Source: an uncultured Alphaproteobacteria bacterium (lineage in GTDB: Bacteria; Pseudomonadota; Alphaproteobacteria; RF32; CAG-239). Taken from it: 64,000 nucleotides of DNA. The DNA lies in contig CALXVZ010000003.1 in the NCBI GenBank assembly GCA_944392235.1, forward strand, positions 46,788-110,787, given 5' to 3'. Both the position numbers and the translations under genes were made by a program. Of the stretch, positions 56,901 through 64,000 are shown piece by piece. The stretch's first letter is position 1. Each line of letters opens with the position of its first letter. A model generated the notes under the pieces. It was not told the DNA's origin. It worked only from the letters and a program-made list of their open reading frames with translations, and did no database searches.

Positions 56901-57411
56901 TAATATTGAATTTGCTAATTTTGATATCGGTTGGTATGATTTAGACCTAGGCAGAGGTTACAAGGCAGCGTATATTCGTCTTAATAATAATTTCCAAGTT
57001 TGGACTGTTGAAGCTGATTTTTATGATTTATCTCTTGATCTGGCTAATTGGACATATTCAAGTCTTTGGAATTTGCGTTTTGGACGTTTTATTAGTTTTA
57101 ATGACATATCCGATGATAATGCTGTTATGAACTTTGTAAAAATTTTACTTAATTCATATTATTCTAATATCCTAGATAATGTTAAAGCTGATAAAATTGA
57201 TTCTATTCGTATTAAAGCTGAGTATAATAATCTTTTAGATGTTGTTTTTTATAAGTCTTCTGATGATAAATATTTTCTAAAGTATGAATTTTTAAATCAA
57301 CCTTCTGGAAAACATCTGGAATTTTTTGAGAAATTTGTTCGTGGAAAATTTTTAGAGATATCAAAGAAAACATGGGAGAATATTCATAATGCTACTAAAT
57401 CAAAAAGATAA
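53959..57411 (+). CDS. Fused GldF-like ABC permease / GldG-like auxiliary domain / DUF4340-like domain
   Basis: YFTSPLAYV, MRTWAEE, GKFFASW; DFTEDK..SL...T..IL, EQDLT, VGDTDF, N..FILNALDYL; C-terminal TM plus exported domain. Confidence 0.82.
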   Translation: MNNIKTIIRYELIRYFTSPLAYVYLISFLLLSGSCAIYFGHFFIDGNAVLWGLFDFQPWIYLLFIPGIAMRTWAEEFRSKSIVQILSLPVSISDFVWGKFFASWLFAVLAISLTFPFWITANIFGNPDNTVIAVGYVGCFILAGAMLAISQTMSALSKNSVIALVLAVFVNLLFFWSGFEYVLFWARELFSDVVVDTIISFSFLAHFSSLSRGLVEFRDLIFFSSLIIFFNLITISIISIKTKGVSSLVSSSSLQHCSLVILLLFFGFFGINIIANNVFRQISYDFTEDKYLSLTKNTKDILRKLERPVVAKLYYSPILGQRNPEIRQIFDRIKLILKQYKTYSNGKFDYKIYTPSFLDKIEDRALAEGLQPIPLIDINQNALFGISFSDSLRGKSVIPFFSIERLPFLEQDLTTNIYKLQHKKKTLGIYTSLPLNGGVHENDVVINKWEIIKYIEDLYDVTFISNSGDLDKKFDVFMLVHPWGLTDENIEKIKKQEKILLLMDVADDASRLYSPFGGQFITSDLSSLADYWGIQFYNIGVAADFNNSILVDDTINYKSNPSFSQDLLQFKTTAKELNPNHRITYKLNNLLFSSATMVLPDPKANVLYFPLVKTSDNSSLLNVYLAKKSVSPREILSQYTPSNEIIVLAAEFLSNDPSKPFDVIAVGDTDFIYDAFWTRESKFLDTSYHIPLFDNANFILNALDYLAENDDLISLRGKTAKRRPLERIDNMRKMNLYRYKLKENDIFKAINAAKQGLVEVVAKKDFEERNTFSADELAVIGNIRSDINNLKQQLSSLKINANNDIDRLEVLVKFFNIYAVALLIIFTVLCWVAYKKKFYLNDIKKIFYFDKQILKLSVWVIFIFILALFSIYMENKNSISDYEDTLVFENLNSNLNDIDTIQLQNRKNTLTFKKINGLWMLQEHPEIPVYQERIRYLLITISNMTFYEKKSDKVADMAYFGFSPFEDKNSPMISVKLKGTDNIEFANFDIGWYDLDLGRGYKAAYIRLNNNFQVWTVEADFYDLSLDLANWTYSSLWNLRFGRFISFNDISDDNAVMNFVKILLNSYYSNILDNVKADKIDSIRIKAEYNNLLDVVFYKSSDDKYFLKYEFLNQPSGKHLEFFEKFVRGKFLEISKKTWENIHNATKSKR

Positions 57412-58312
57412 TTTTTTGAAAAAATCTGCGGCTATCGCTGGTGTATCTTTAGCAATTATTCTTATTGCATTGAAGTTTTTCGCATTCTTAAAAACAGACT
57501 CCTTGGCTATTTTTTCGTCTCTTGCAGATAGTGTTACTGATTTGTTCGCATCTATGGTCTCGTTTGTTGCTGTTTATTTTTCTACGAAACCCGCTTCAAA
57601 AAATCACAGATATGGATATGGTAAAACGGAGGCTCTTAGTGCTTTCTTACAAGCTATTTTTGTTGGTGCTTCTGGATTGTTTGTTATTATCGATGGTGTT
57701 AAAAGACTTATTTATCCCGTTTCTATTGAAAAAACTGATGTGGGTATTTTTATTATGTTATTTAGTATTTTTGCTACCTTTATTCTTGTTCTTTTTCAAA
57801 CATATGTTGCTAATAAAACTAATTCTTTAGCTATTAAAGCAGATAGAGCTCACTATACTGTTGATTTTTTAACTAACTCAACTGTTGTTGTTTCTTTAAT
57901 TCTTGTTCACTTCTTCGGATTTGCTTATTTTGACGTTATTGCTGCTTTATTTATATCTCTTTATTTACTCTATAACGCATATGATTTGGCTAGAGAAGCT
58001 ATTGAGCAAATTACTGATAAAGAATTAGATACAGAAATTCGTCAGAAAATTCAGAATATTGTTGAGCATAGTCAAGGTATCCATGGTATGCATGATTTGA
58101 GAACACGTAGTTTAGGTGATATATACTTTTTTGAACTTCATTTGGAAATTGATGGGAAACTCTCTTTATTTGAAGCTCATGAATTTGCTGATGCTGTGGA
58201 AAGAAAAATTATTGAAACTTTTCCTGGCAGTCAAGTTATCATTCACCAAGATCCTTTCGGAATTCATGAAGATAGATTAGATCATCAAATTGATGGAGCT
58301 TGCAGTCTTTAA
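57389..58312 (+). CDS. fieF: Cation diffusion facilitator (FieF-like)
   Basis: SLADSVTD, HRYGYGK.E, ADRAHY..D, HDLRTR, IIHQDP. Confidence 0.88.
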   Translation: MLLNQKDNFLKKSAAIAGVSLAIILIALKFFAFLKTDSLAIFSSLADSVTDLFASMVSFVAVYFSTKPASKNHRYGYGKTEALSAFLQAIFVGASGLFVIIDGVKRLIYPVSIEKTDVGIFIMLFSIFATFILVLFQTYVANKTNSLAIKADRAHYTVDFLTNSTVVVSLILVHFFGFAYFDVIAALFISLYLLYNAYDLAREAIEQITDKELDTEIRQKIQNIVEHSQGIHGMHDLRTRSLGDIYFFELHLEIDGKLSLFEAHEFADAVERKIIETFPGSQVIIHQDPFGIHEDRLDHQIDGACSL

Positions 58313-59385
58313 ATTTTATTTTCTTGTGATTTTTTTGATTTTAATTGACCGCATGCTGCTAATATATCTTGTCCTCGTGCAACTCTGATTGGTGCTGCGA
58401 ATCCGGCTTTTTCTAGTATTTCAGAAAATTCCTCCACGCTTTTTCTATCACTTGGGGAAAATTCACATCCTGGCCAAGGGTTGAATGGTATTAAATTAAA
58501 TAAAGCTCTTATCTTATATTTTCTCAGCAATGATATTAATTCTTGTGCGTTTTCCGGTTTATCATTAATATCTTTCAACAAGAGATATTCAAAAGTAATA
58601 TATCTACTGTGATCACCTTTTTGATATTCAGAACAAGCTTTCATAACTTCTTCTATATGAAATTTATTATTTATCGGCATAATTTGTGATCTAATTGTAT
58701 TATTTGGCGCATGAAGAGATATTGCTAACCTAACTCCTGTCTTTTGCATTGCGTCAACTATTCTTGGAGCAATGCCTGATGTCGACATTGTTACTCGACG
58801 TCTGGATATGCCTATTCCTTCACAATCTGTTATGATATTTAATGCTTTTACTACATTATCTAAATTATTTAGAGGCTCCCCCATCCCCATTACAACAATA
58901 TTTGATAAATAGCGTGTTTCATCTGTTGGACTTGGCCACTCATTATAGGCATCTCTGGCAACCATAAATTGCCCAACAATCTCTCCTACTGTTAAATTTC
59001 TTGTAAACTTTTGACTTCCTGTGTGGCAAAAACGACACCCCATTGCACATCCTACTTGAGTTGAAATGCATACTGCTCCCCTATCCTTTTCGGGAATGTA
59101 TACCATTTCAACGCGTTCTTTATCATTAAATTCTAAGAGCCATTTGTGCGTTTTATCTACAGATATTTGCTCTGCAACTATTTTAGGGCGTGTTATTTTA
59201 TATCGGTTCTGTAGTTTGTTTCTCAATTCTAGTGATAGATTGCTCATATCATTAAAATCTGTTGCTCCGCGGAAATATATCCATTGCCAGAGCTGTTTGG
59301 CTCTGAATTTTTTTTCTCCTAATTTTTCTATTTCCGCATAGATTTCATCTTTGCTTAAATCTGTTAATTCTATCTTATCTGTCAT
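58309..59385 (-). CDS. rlmN: 23S rRNA m2A2503 / tRNA methyltransferase RlmN
   Basis: CAMGCRFC radical-SAM motif, MGMGEP, SLHA, AACGQL. Confidence 0.96.
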   Translation of the reverse strand: MTDKIELTDLSKDEIYAEIEKLGEKKFRAKQLWQWIYFRGATDFNDMSNLSLELRNKLQNRYKITRPKIVAEQISVDKTHKWLLEFNDKERVEMVYIPEKDRGAVCISTQVGCAMGCRFCHTGSQKFTRNLTVGEIVGQFMVARDAYNEWPSPTDETRYLSNIVVMGMGEPLNNLDNVVKALNIITDCEGIGISRRRVTMSTSGIAPRIVDAMQKTGVRLAISLHAPNNTIRSQIMPINNKFHIEEVMKACSEYQKGDHSRYITFEYLLLKDINDKPENAQELISLLRKYKIRALFNLIPFNPWPGCEFSPSDRKSVEEFSEILEKAGFAAPIRVARGQDILAACGQLKSKKSQENKI

Positions 59386-59889
59386 TTATTTACACTTTGC
59401 ACTAATTGCTTTATAAGCACTACTAAATCCTGCTAAAGAATATGTATCTTTTGTTTTTGTTCCTCTGGATGAAACACCTTCTACAATCATTCTTTGACCT
59501 CTTTTCATTGCTTCTACTAATTTTTTATCTGTTGAAGCATCAGGTGCCCATGCATTATCCCCACTCGTAAATAGATTATTAAATGTTGTTGTTCCTATTT
59601 TTACTATTACATTGGCTCCTTTTTTATAATCATACCCAGCTACAAAGTTTACAACATTATAGCTCTTATCTGCTGGTCTATGTGTTACAACAGCATATAT
59701 GTCACCTCTTTTTTTATAGTTTCCTTCATCCTTTTTAGGGGTTGATGCCATATAGCATACTTGATTTTTTCCTTCTTTATATGAGTATGCCGTCCAGTCT
59801 CCATATTCGCCTAATTCTGTTGGCATACTCCCTGCTTGTGCAGTTGTTGATACTAATATTGATAAAAACAAAATTACATACTTTTTCAT
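59386..59889 (-). CDS. Invasion-associated locus B (IalB)-like exported protein
   Basis: Signal peptide, YGDW, CY, LVEAMKRG, GVSSRGT.T.DTYSL.GF; directly upstream of rlmN. Confidence 0.82.
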   Translation of the reverse strand: MKKYVILFLSILVSTTAQAGSMPTELGEYGDWTAYSYKEGKNQVCYMASTPKKDEGNYKKRGDIYAVVTHRPADKSYNVVNFVAGYDYKKGANVIVKIGTTTFNNLFTSGDNAWAPDASTDKKLVEAMKRGQRMIVEGVSSRGTKTKDTYSLAGFSSAYKAISAKCK

Positions 59890-59987
59890 GATATTATTCC
59901 TAAAAAAATCAACTTTGTTATACTATAATTAAGATATTTATAATAAACCATTAATAAATTTATTAAATCTGTAAAAATGAGGTAAAA

Positions 59988-61181
59988 ATGTTTCATCCTG
60001 AGTATATTAATGTAAAAAAATTGATTACTAATAATGATATATTAAGGTTATTTGATATTGTCGAAAAACATGGTGGTGTTCTTAGATTTGTTGGAGGTGC
60101 TGTTAGAGACGCCATTGCAGGAATCGAAAGATCTGATATCGACCTAGTTACAGATATGTCTCCAAGTGAATTTTCAGAAATGTGTGCTGATGAAGGATTA
60201 AAAACAGTTCCTATCGGTATTCAATTTTTCACTATGGGAGTTATTATCAATGATAACTTCTTCAAAGTGACTTCTCTTTGCTCTGATGACGCTAATACTA
60301 AAGATGAGTGGAAAGATGATGCTGCAAAACGTGATCTAACTATCAATGCTGTTTATGCTGATGAAAAAGGTAATGTTTTTGATTATTACAATGGTATTAA
60401 CGATTTAAATCTTGGCAATATTAAATTTATTGGATCACCTCAGAAAAATATTGAATCTGATTATATTCGCATTATGCGTTTCTTTAGATTTTGTGCAATG
60501 TTTGGAAAAAATATTGATAAAAAATCTTTAAATGCCTGCATTAAAAATAAAGATCTATTGCATAAAGTTTCTTTGGAAAAAATTAAAGAAGAATTATTCA
60601 AGATATTTTTAGCACCTCAGGCTGTTACCGCGCTACAACTGATTTTTGATAATGGTATTTTAGATTTTTTAGTAGCTTATCCTCAGCACCTTGATAATTT
60701 GGATAAATTAATTCAGTTGGAAAATAAACTTAATATAAAAACTAATATTATTCGTAGACTTTTTATTTCCTTCGAACCGGATGCAAAAAGATGCAATAGA
60801 CTTGCAGATATTTTCAGATTAAACAAATCTGAAAAAGATTATTTATTAGCATTATGCAAGACAAATTTAAAACTCTCCGACTTTAAAGACAGCGTTTCAA
60901 TCAACAAATCTCTCTTTAAATTTGGAAAAGATGTTTGTATTGATAAATGGCTATATTTAAATCTACATAACAACAATATTGCTATCACTGTAGAAACTTT
61001 AAATACACTGTCTGAACAAGAAAGACCTATTTTCCCTTTATCTGGTAAAGATCTTATCGATCTTGGTGCCGACGCAAAACTGATTGGATTATATTTAGAC
61101 AGCTTAAAAAAAGATTGGTTTGAAAATGGTTGTTTAGCTTCAAGAGCTGATTTAATAAAAAAATACCAGTCTATTTTTTAA
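59988..61181 (+). CDS. cca: Class II tRNA nucleotidyltransferase (CCA/CC-adding), atypical
   Basis: VGGAVRD, DIDL, DAAKRDLTINA, DYIRIMRFFRF, S.EKI..EL.K. Confidence 0.85.
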   Translation: MFHPEYINVKKLITNNDILRLFDIVEKHGGVLRFVGGAVRDAIAGIERSDIDLVTDMSPSEFSEMCADEGLKTVPIGIQFFTMGVIINDNFFKVTSLCSDDANTKDEWKDDAAKRDLTINAVYADEKGNVFDYYNGINDLNLGNIKFIGSPQKNIESDYIRIMRFFRFCAMFGKNIDKKSLNACIKNKDLLHKVSLEKIKEELFKIFLAPQAVTALQLIFDNGILDFLVAYPQHLDNLDKLIQLENKLNIKTNIIRRLFISFEPDAKRCNRLADIFRLNKSEKDYLLALCKTNLKLSDFKDSVSINKSLFKFGKDVCIDKWLYLNLHNNNIAITVETLNTLSEQERPIFPLSGKDLIDLGADAKLIGLYLDSLKKDWFENGCLASRADLIKKYQSIF

Positions 61182-61312
61182 ATACATCGCTTTTAGCAAA
61201 AAATCATTAAAAAACAATATGATAAATCCATTCTATTTTTTTACTCTTTGATCCATCAATTTTATTTTTTTTGAATCAACATACATAAGAAGTAAAAAAT
61301 CTTCTCTATGAT

Positions 61313-61356
61313 AAAAAAATCCCCCTTTATTTAAATATTATAAAATAAAGGGGGTT
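61313..61356 (-). terminator. Intrinsic terminator after parB
   Basis: CCCCCTTTATTT...AAATAAAGGGGG stem with a U-tract on the minus strand. Confidence 0.75.
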
Positions 61357-61379
61357 ACTTTATCAATATATGTTTTTTG

Positions 61380-62273
61380 TTATTGATTATTTCTGCTTCT
61401 TTCGAGAATTTCTAATATCTGGTTTAATTCAGATGGATTTTTATATTCAATAGTTACTTTTCCTTTATCATTTTCTTTGGCATTAATTTTTACTTTCATT
61501 CCAATATTCTTAGATAAATCTTTTTCTAATTCCTTTAAATTAGGATCCTTGCGTATACTTTTACTAATTTGTGATAAAGCATTATTTTTAATTTTATTAA
61601 CTAAATCTTCTGTCTGTCTAACTGTTAAACCTTTATCAATGATTTTTTGAGCAATCTCTTCTGCTTTATCTAAACCGACTAAAGCTCTTGCATGACCAGC
61701 ACTCAGTTTGTTTTCTTTTATCATATTTTGTACAGACAATGGTAGACTTAGTAATCTTAGAGTATTTGTTATATAGCTTCTCGATTTTCCTACTATTTGT
61801 GATAGAGCTTCATGAGTATGTGAAAATTCATTAATTAAACGATTAAACCCTTCAGCTTCCTCTATAGCTGTCAAATTTTCGCGAAGCAAATTTTCTATCA
61901 ATGCTACTTCGAGAACTTCTTGATTATCTAGTTCTTTTTCTATTACAGGAACCTCTGTTAGTCCTGCCAACTTAGATGCTCTCCAGCGGCGTTCACCAGC
62001 TATTATTTCATATTTATTATCCTTTTTTCTTACCAAGAGGGGTTGTAAAATACCTTTTTCTTTAATAGAATTTACCAAGGCTTCCAAAGCTTCCTGATTA
62101 AACTCTTTACGGGGTTGATATTGGCTAGGTTCTAAATCCTCTATTTTTACTGTTTTTATACCAGAATCCGATATGTCTGTTGTATTTATACTATCAAGGT
62201 TAAAGCTTAGATCATCCTCTCCTAAAAGGGCCTCCAAACCTCTTCCTAATCCATGCTTCTTATTCATTGACAT
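61380..62273 (-). CDS. parB: Chromosome partitioning protein ParB
   Basis: GLGRGL, QPRK.F, GILQP, IIAGERRWRA, EN..RE.L, HTH GKSRS.I.N.LRLL, GHARAL. Confidence 0.97.
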   Translation of the reverse strand: MSMNKKHGLGRGLEALLGEDDLSFNLDSINTTDISDSGIKTVKIEDLEPSQYQPRKEFNQEALEALVNSIKEKGILQPLLVRKKDNKYEIIAGERRWRASKLAGLTEVPVIEKELDNQEVLEVALIENLLRENLTAIEEAEGFNRLINEFSHTHEALSQIVGKSRSYITNTLRLLSLPLSVQNMIKENKLSAGHARALVGLDKAEEIAQKIIDKGLTVRQTEDLVNKIKNNALSQISKSIRKDPNLKELEKDLSKNIGMKVKINAKENDKGKVTIEYKNPSELNQILEILERSRNNQ

Positions 62274-62275
62274 AT

Positions 62276-63046
62276 CTATATCTCCTTTTCTCTTTTTAAT
62301 ACTTCTTTTGCTAAATTTAAGTAAGCTTTAGCTCCATTACTTTTAAAGTCATATATTAAAACAGGTTGTCCATGTGATGGTGCTTCTGATATTCTTACAC
62401 TTCTCGGTATTACTGTTTTGTATACTTTTGAGCCAAAATATTTACGAACATCTGTTTCAACCATTTGACTGAGATTGTTTCTTTTATCAAACATTGTAAG
62501 AACAATCCCCTGCAAATCTAATTTAGAATTAAAGTTCTTCTTTATTATATTTATATTTTTTATTAAATCTGTTAATCCCTCTAATGCTAAAAATTCACTC
62601 TGAAGCGGCACAATAACTGAATCAGAGGAAACTAGAGCATTTATCGTTATTAAATTTAATGATGGAGGACAATCAATTAGAATATAATCATATTTACTAC
62701 TTAAAACATTTAGTGCATTTTTTAATACATACTCTCTTTTATTTACATCTATTAATTCTATTTCAGCAGCAGCTAATGCAGGTGCTGATGGTAAAATATC
62801 AAATTTCTTTATATCTGTTTTTACAATAGCGTCTTCTGCTTTACAATTATTAATCATCAAGTCATACGTTGAAAAAAGACATTTATTTTTATTAATCCCC
62901 AATGATGTTGTAGCGTTTCCCTGAGGATCCATATCCAAAATCAAGACACGCTTTCCTATAGCTGCCATTGCTGTTGCTATATTTACAGCTGTTGTCGTTT
63001 TACCTACTCCACCTTTACGATTTGCTATTGAGATGATTTTTACCAT
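62276..63046 (-). CDS. parA: Chromosome partitioning ATPase ParA/Soj
   Basis: KGGVGKTT, DMDPQGNA, IDCPPSL, EAPSHG. Confidence 0.97.
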   Translation of the reverse strand: MVKIISIANRKGGVGKTTTAVNIATAMAAIGKRVLILDMDPQGNATTSLGINKNKCLFSTYDLMINNCKAEDAIVKTDIKKFDILPSAPALAAAEIELIDVNKREYVLKNALNVLSSKYDYILIDCPPSLNLITINALVSSDSVIVPLQSEFLALEGLTDLIKNINIIKKNFNSKLDLQGIVLTMFDKRNNLSQMVETDVRKYFGSKVYKTVIPRSVRISEAPSHGQPVLIYDFKSNGAKAYLNLAKEVLKREKEI

Positions 63047-63663
63047 TACAATTTTCTCCTTAAATCGCTTATGCGTAAAATTTTTCCAACACTACTTGTA
63101 TCGCTATCATATATTTCACAATTGTATAACCATTTTTGACTAGCCTCTTCATCTTCCTTTGCCCAATTTTCACCTTTAGGTAAAATAAGCTTCGTTTGTT
63201 TTTTACAAAAAGGTTTAGCGTATTCTAGAAGTTTAGGTAATGAAGCTAATGCTCTTGATGTTATAACATCTACTTTTGCTATTTTTAGATTTTCTATCCT
63301 TTCTTGATAAATATTAATATCTAATTCTAGTTCTTTTTTTACAACATTTAAGAAACTTATTTTCTTTCCTATACTTTCAACTAAACTTATCTTTAGATTC
63401 GGAAAAAGTTCCTGACTTGCTATAGCTAAAACCATCCCTGGAAATCCGGCACCAGATCCTAAATCTAACAACAACGAATCATCTTTTGTTATAAAATTAA
63501 TAAGCTGCAAAGAATCAACAATATGTCTTTCCCAAATGTTTTCTTCTGTAGATTTGCTTATTAAATTAAATTTATTATTCCACTCTAATACTAGAGCTTT
63601 ATAACTCTCTAGCTTATCGTATGTTTCACGTGAAACATTATATTTTTTCATAACATCAATCAT
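63046..63663 (-). CDS. rsmG: 16S rRNA m7G527 methyltransferase
   Basis: WN..FNLIS, RHIVDS, DLGSGAGFPG, TSRALA. Confidence 0.95.
   Translation of the reverse strand: MIDVMKKYNVSRETYDKLESYKALVLEWNNKFNLISKSTEENIWERHIVDSLQLINFITKDDSLLLDLGSGAGFPGMVLAIASQELFPNLKISLVESIGKKISFLNVVKKELELDINIYQERIENLKIAKVDVITSRALASLPKLLEYAKPFCKKQTKLILPKGENWAKEDEEASQKWLYNCEIYDSDTSSVGKILRISDLRRKL
63621..63638. promoter_or_regulatory. parS: parS centromere site within the rsmG 5' coding region
   Basis: Perfect palindrome ATGTTTCACGTGAAACAT containing the canonical TGTTTCACGTGAAACA. Confidence 0.92.
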
Positions 63664-63764
63664 AATTTCATCTTATTTTAAGATTCTTTCTTTGTGTATT
63701 AAAAAATAAACTTATGAACACATATATTTTATCTTTTCAAAATTAAAATAAATATACTGTGTTG

Positions 63765-64000
63765 CTAATTATTTCTCATATATCCTAAAATAGCCATAAT
63801 AGCTGCTGGGGTTACTCCTGATATTCTTGAAGCCTCACCAATCGTTTCCGGTCTAATCTTTTCAAGCTTACTAACCATTTCACGAGAAAGACCACCAATC
63901 TTATTATAATCTATATCTTTTCGTATTTTTATACTTTCATCTTTTTTAAATACTTCAATATCACTATTCTGGCGTTTCATATATCCAGCGTATTTTGCCT
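63765..64000 (-). CDS. mnmG: 3' part of tRNA modification enzyme MnmG/GidA (truncated by window edge)
   Basis: AKYAGYMKRQ, GLSREMV.KL...RPETIGEASRISGVTPAA; upstream of rsmG. Confidence 0.93.
   Translation of the reverse strand, partial: AKYAGYMKRQNSDIEVFKKDESIKIRKDIDYNKIGGLSREMVSKLEKIRPETIGEASRISGVTPAAIMAILGYMRNN

Noticed and set aside
61182-61379. Possible oriC in the cca-parB spacer
   Set aside because: No DnaA boxes (TTATCCACA) seen; explained by convergent gene ends and a terminator

Overview
AT-rich alphaproteobacterial chromosomal segment. The assignment rests on rluD-rpoH, lpxC-bamD-recN, gpmI-envC-ctpA-rppH, mlaEF-radA-cvpA, ialB-rlmN, fzlA and a cenR-like regulator. A reduced, host-associated lineage such as RF32 is plausible but only inferred. 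The window is probably near oriC: mnmG-rsmG-parA-parB and a perfect parS lie at the right end. Most of it is housekeeping or envelope genes plus the RNase P RNA gene, and I found no transposase, integrase, phage gene or CRISPR array. Most interesting items: (1) an unannotated 26-aa leader peptide (..KMKRQDIAIPPINRFC) with its own promoter, SD and mutually exclusive antiterminator/terminator hairpins in front of a GNAT acetyltransferase. (2) An orphan VirD4/TraG coupling protein in a co-directional run with two paralogous membrane proteins (one with a NERD-like domain) and two acidic unknown proteins, without VirB genes or a relaxase. (3) Several intact ORFs with eroded active sites: an FlhG-like ATPase coupled to a J-domain/SH3b protein, an SNase, AnmK, a CenR receiver, and a tRNA nucleotidyltransferase with a CC-adding-type loop deletion. 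(4) rnpB directly abutting lpxC, where the dcw cluster normally sits. All family assignments are from motif recognition by eye; no database search was run.
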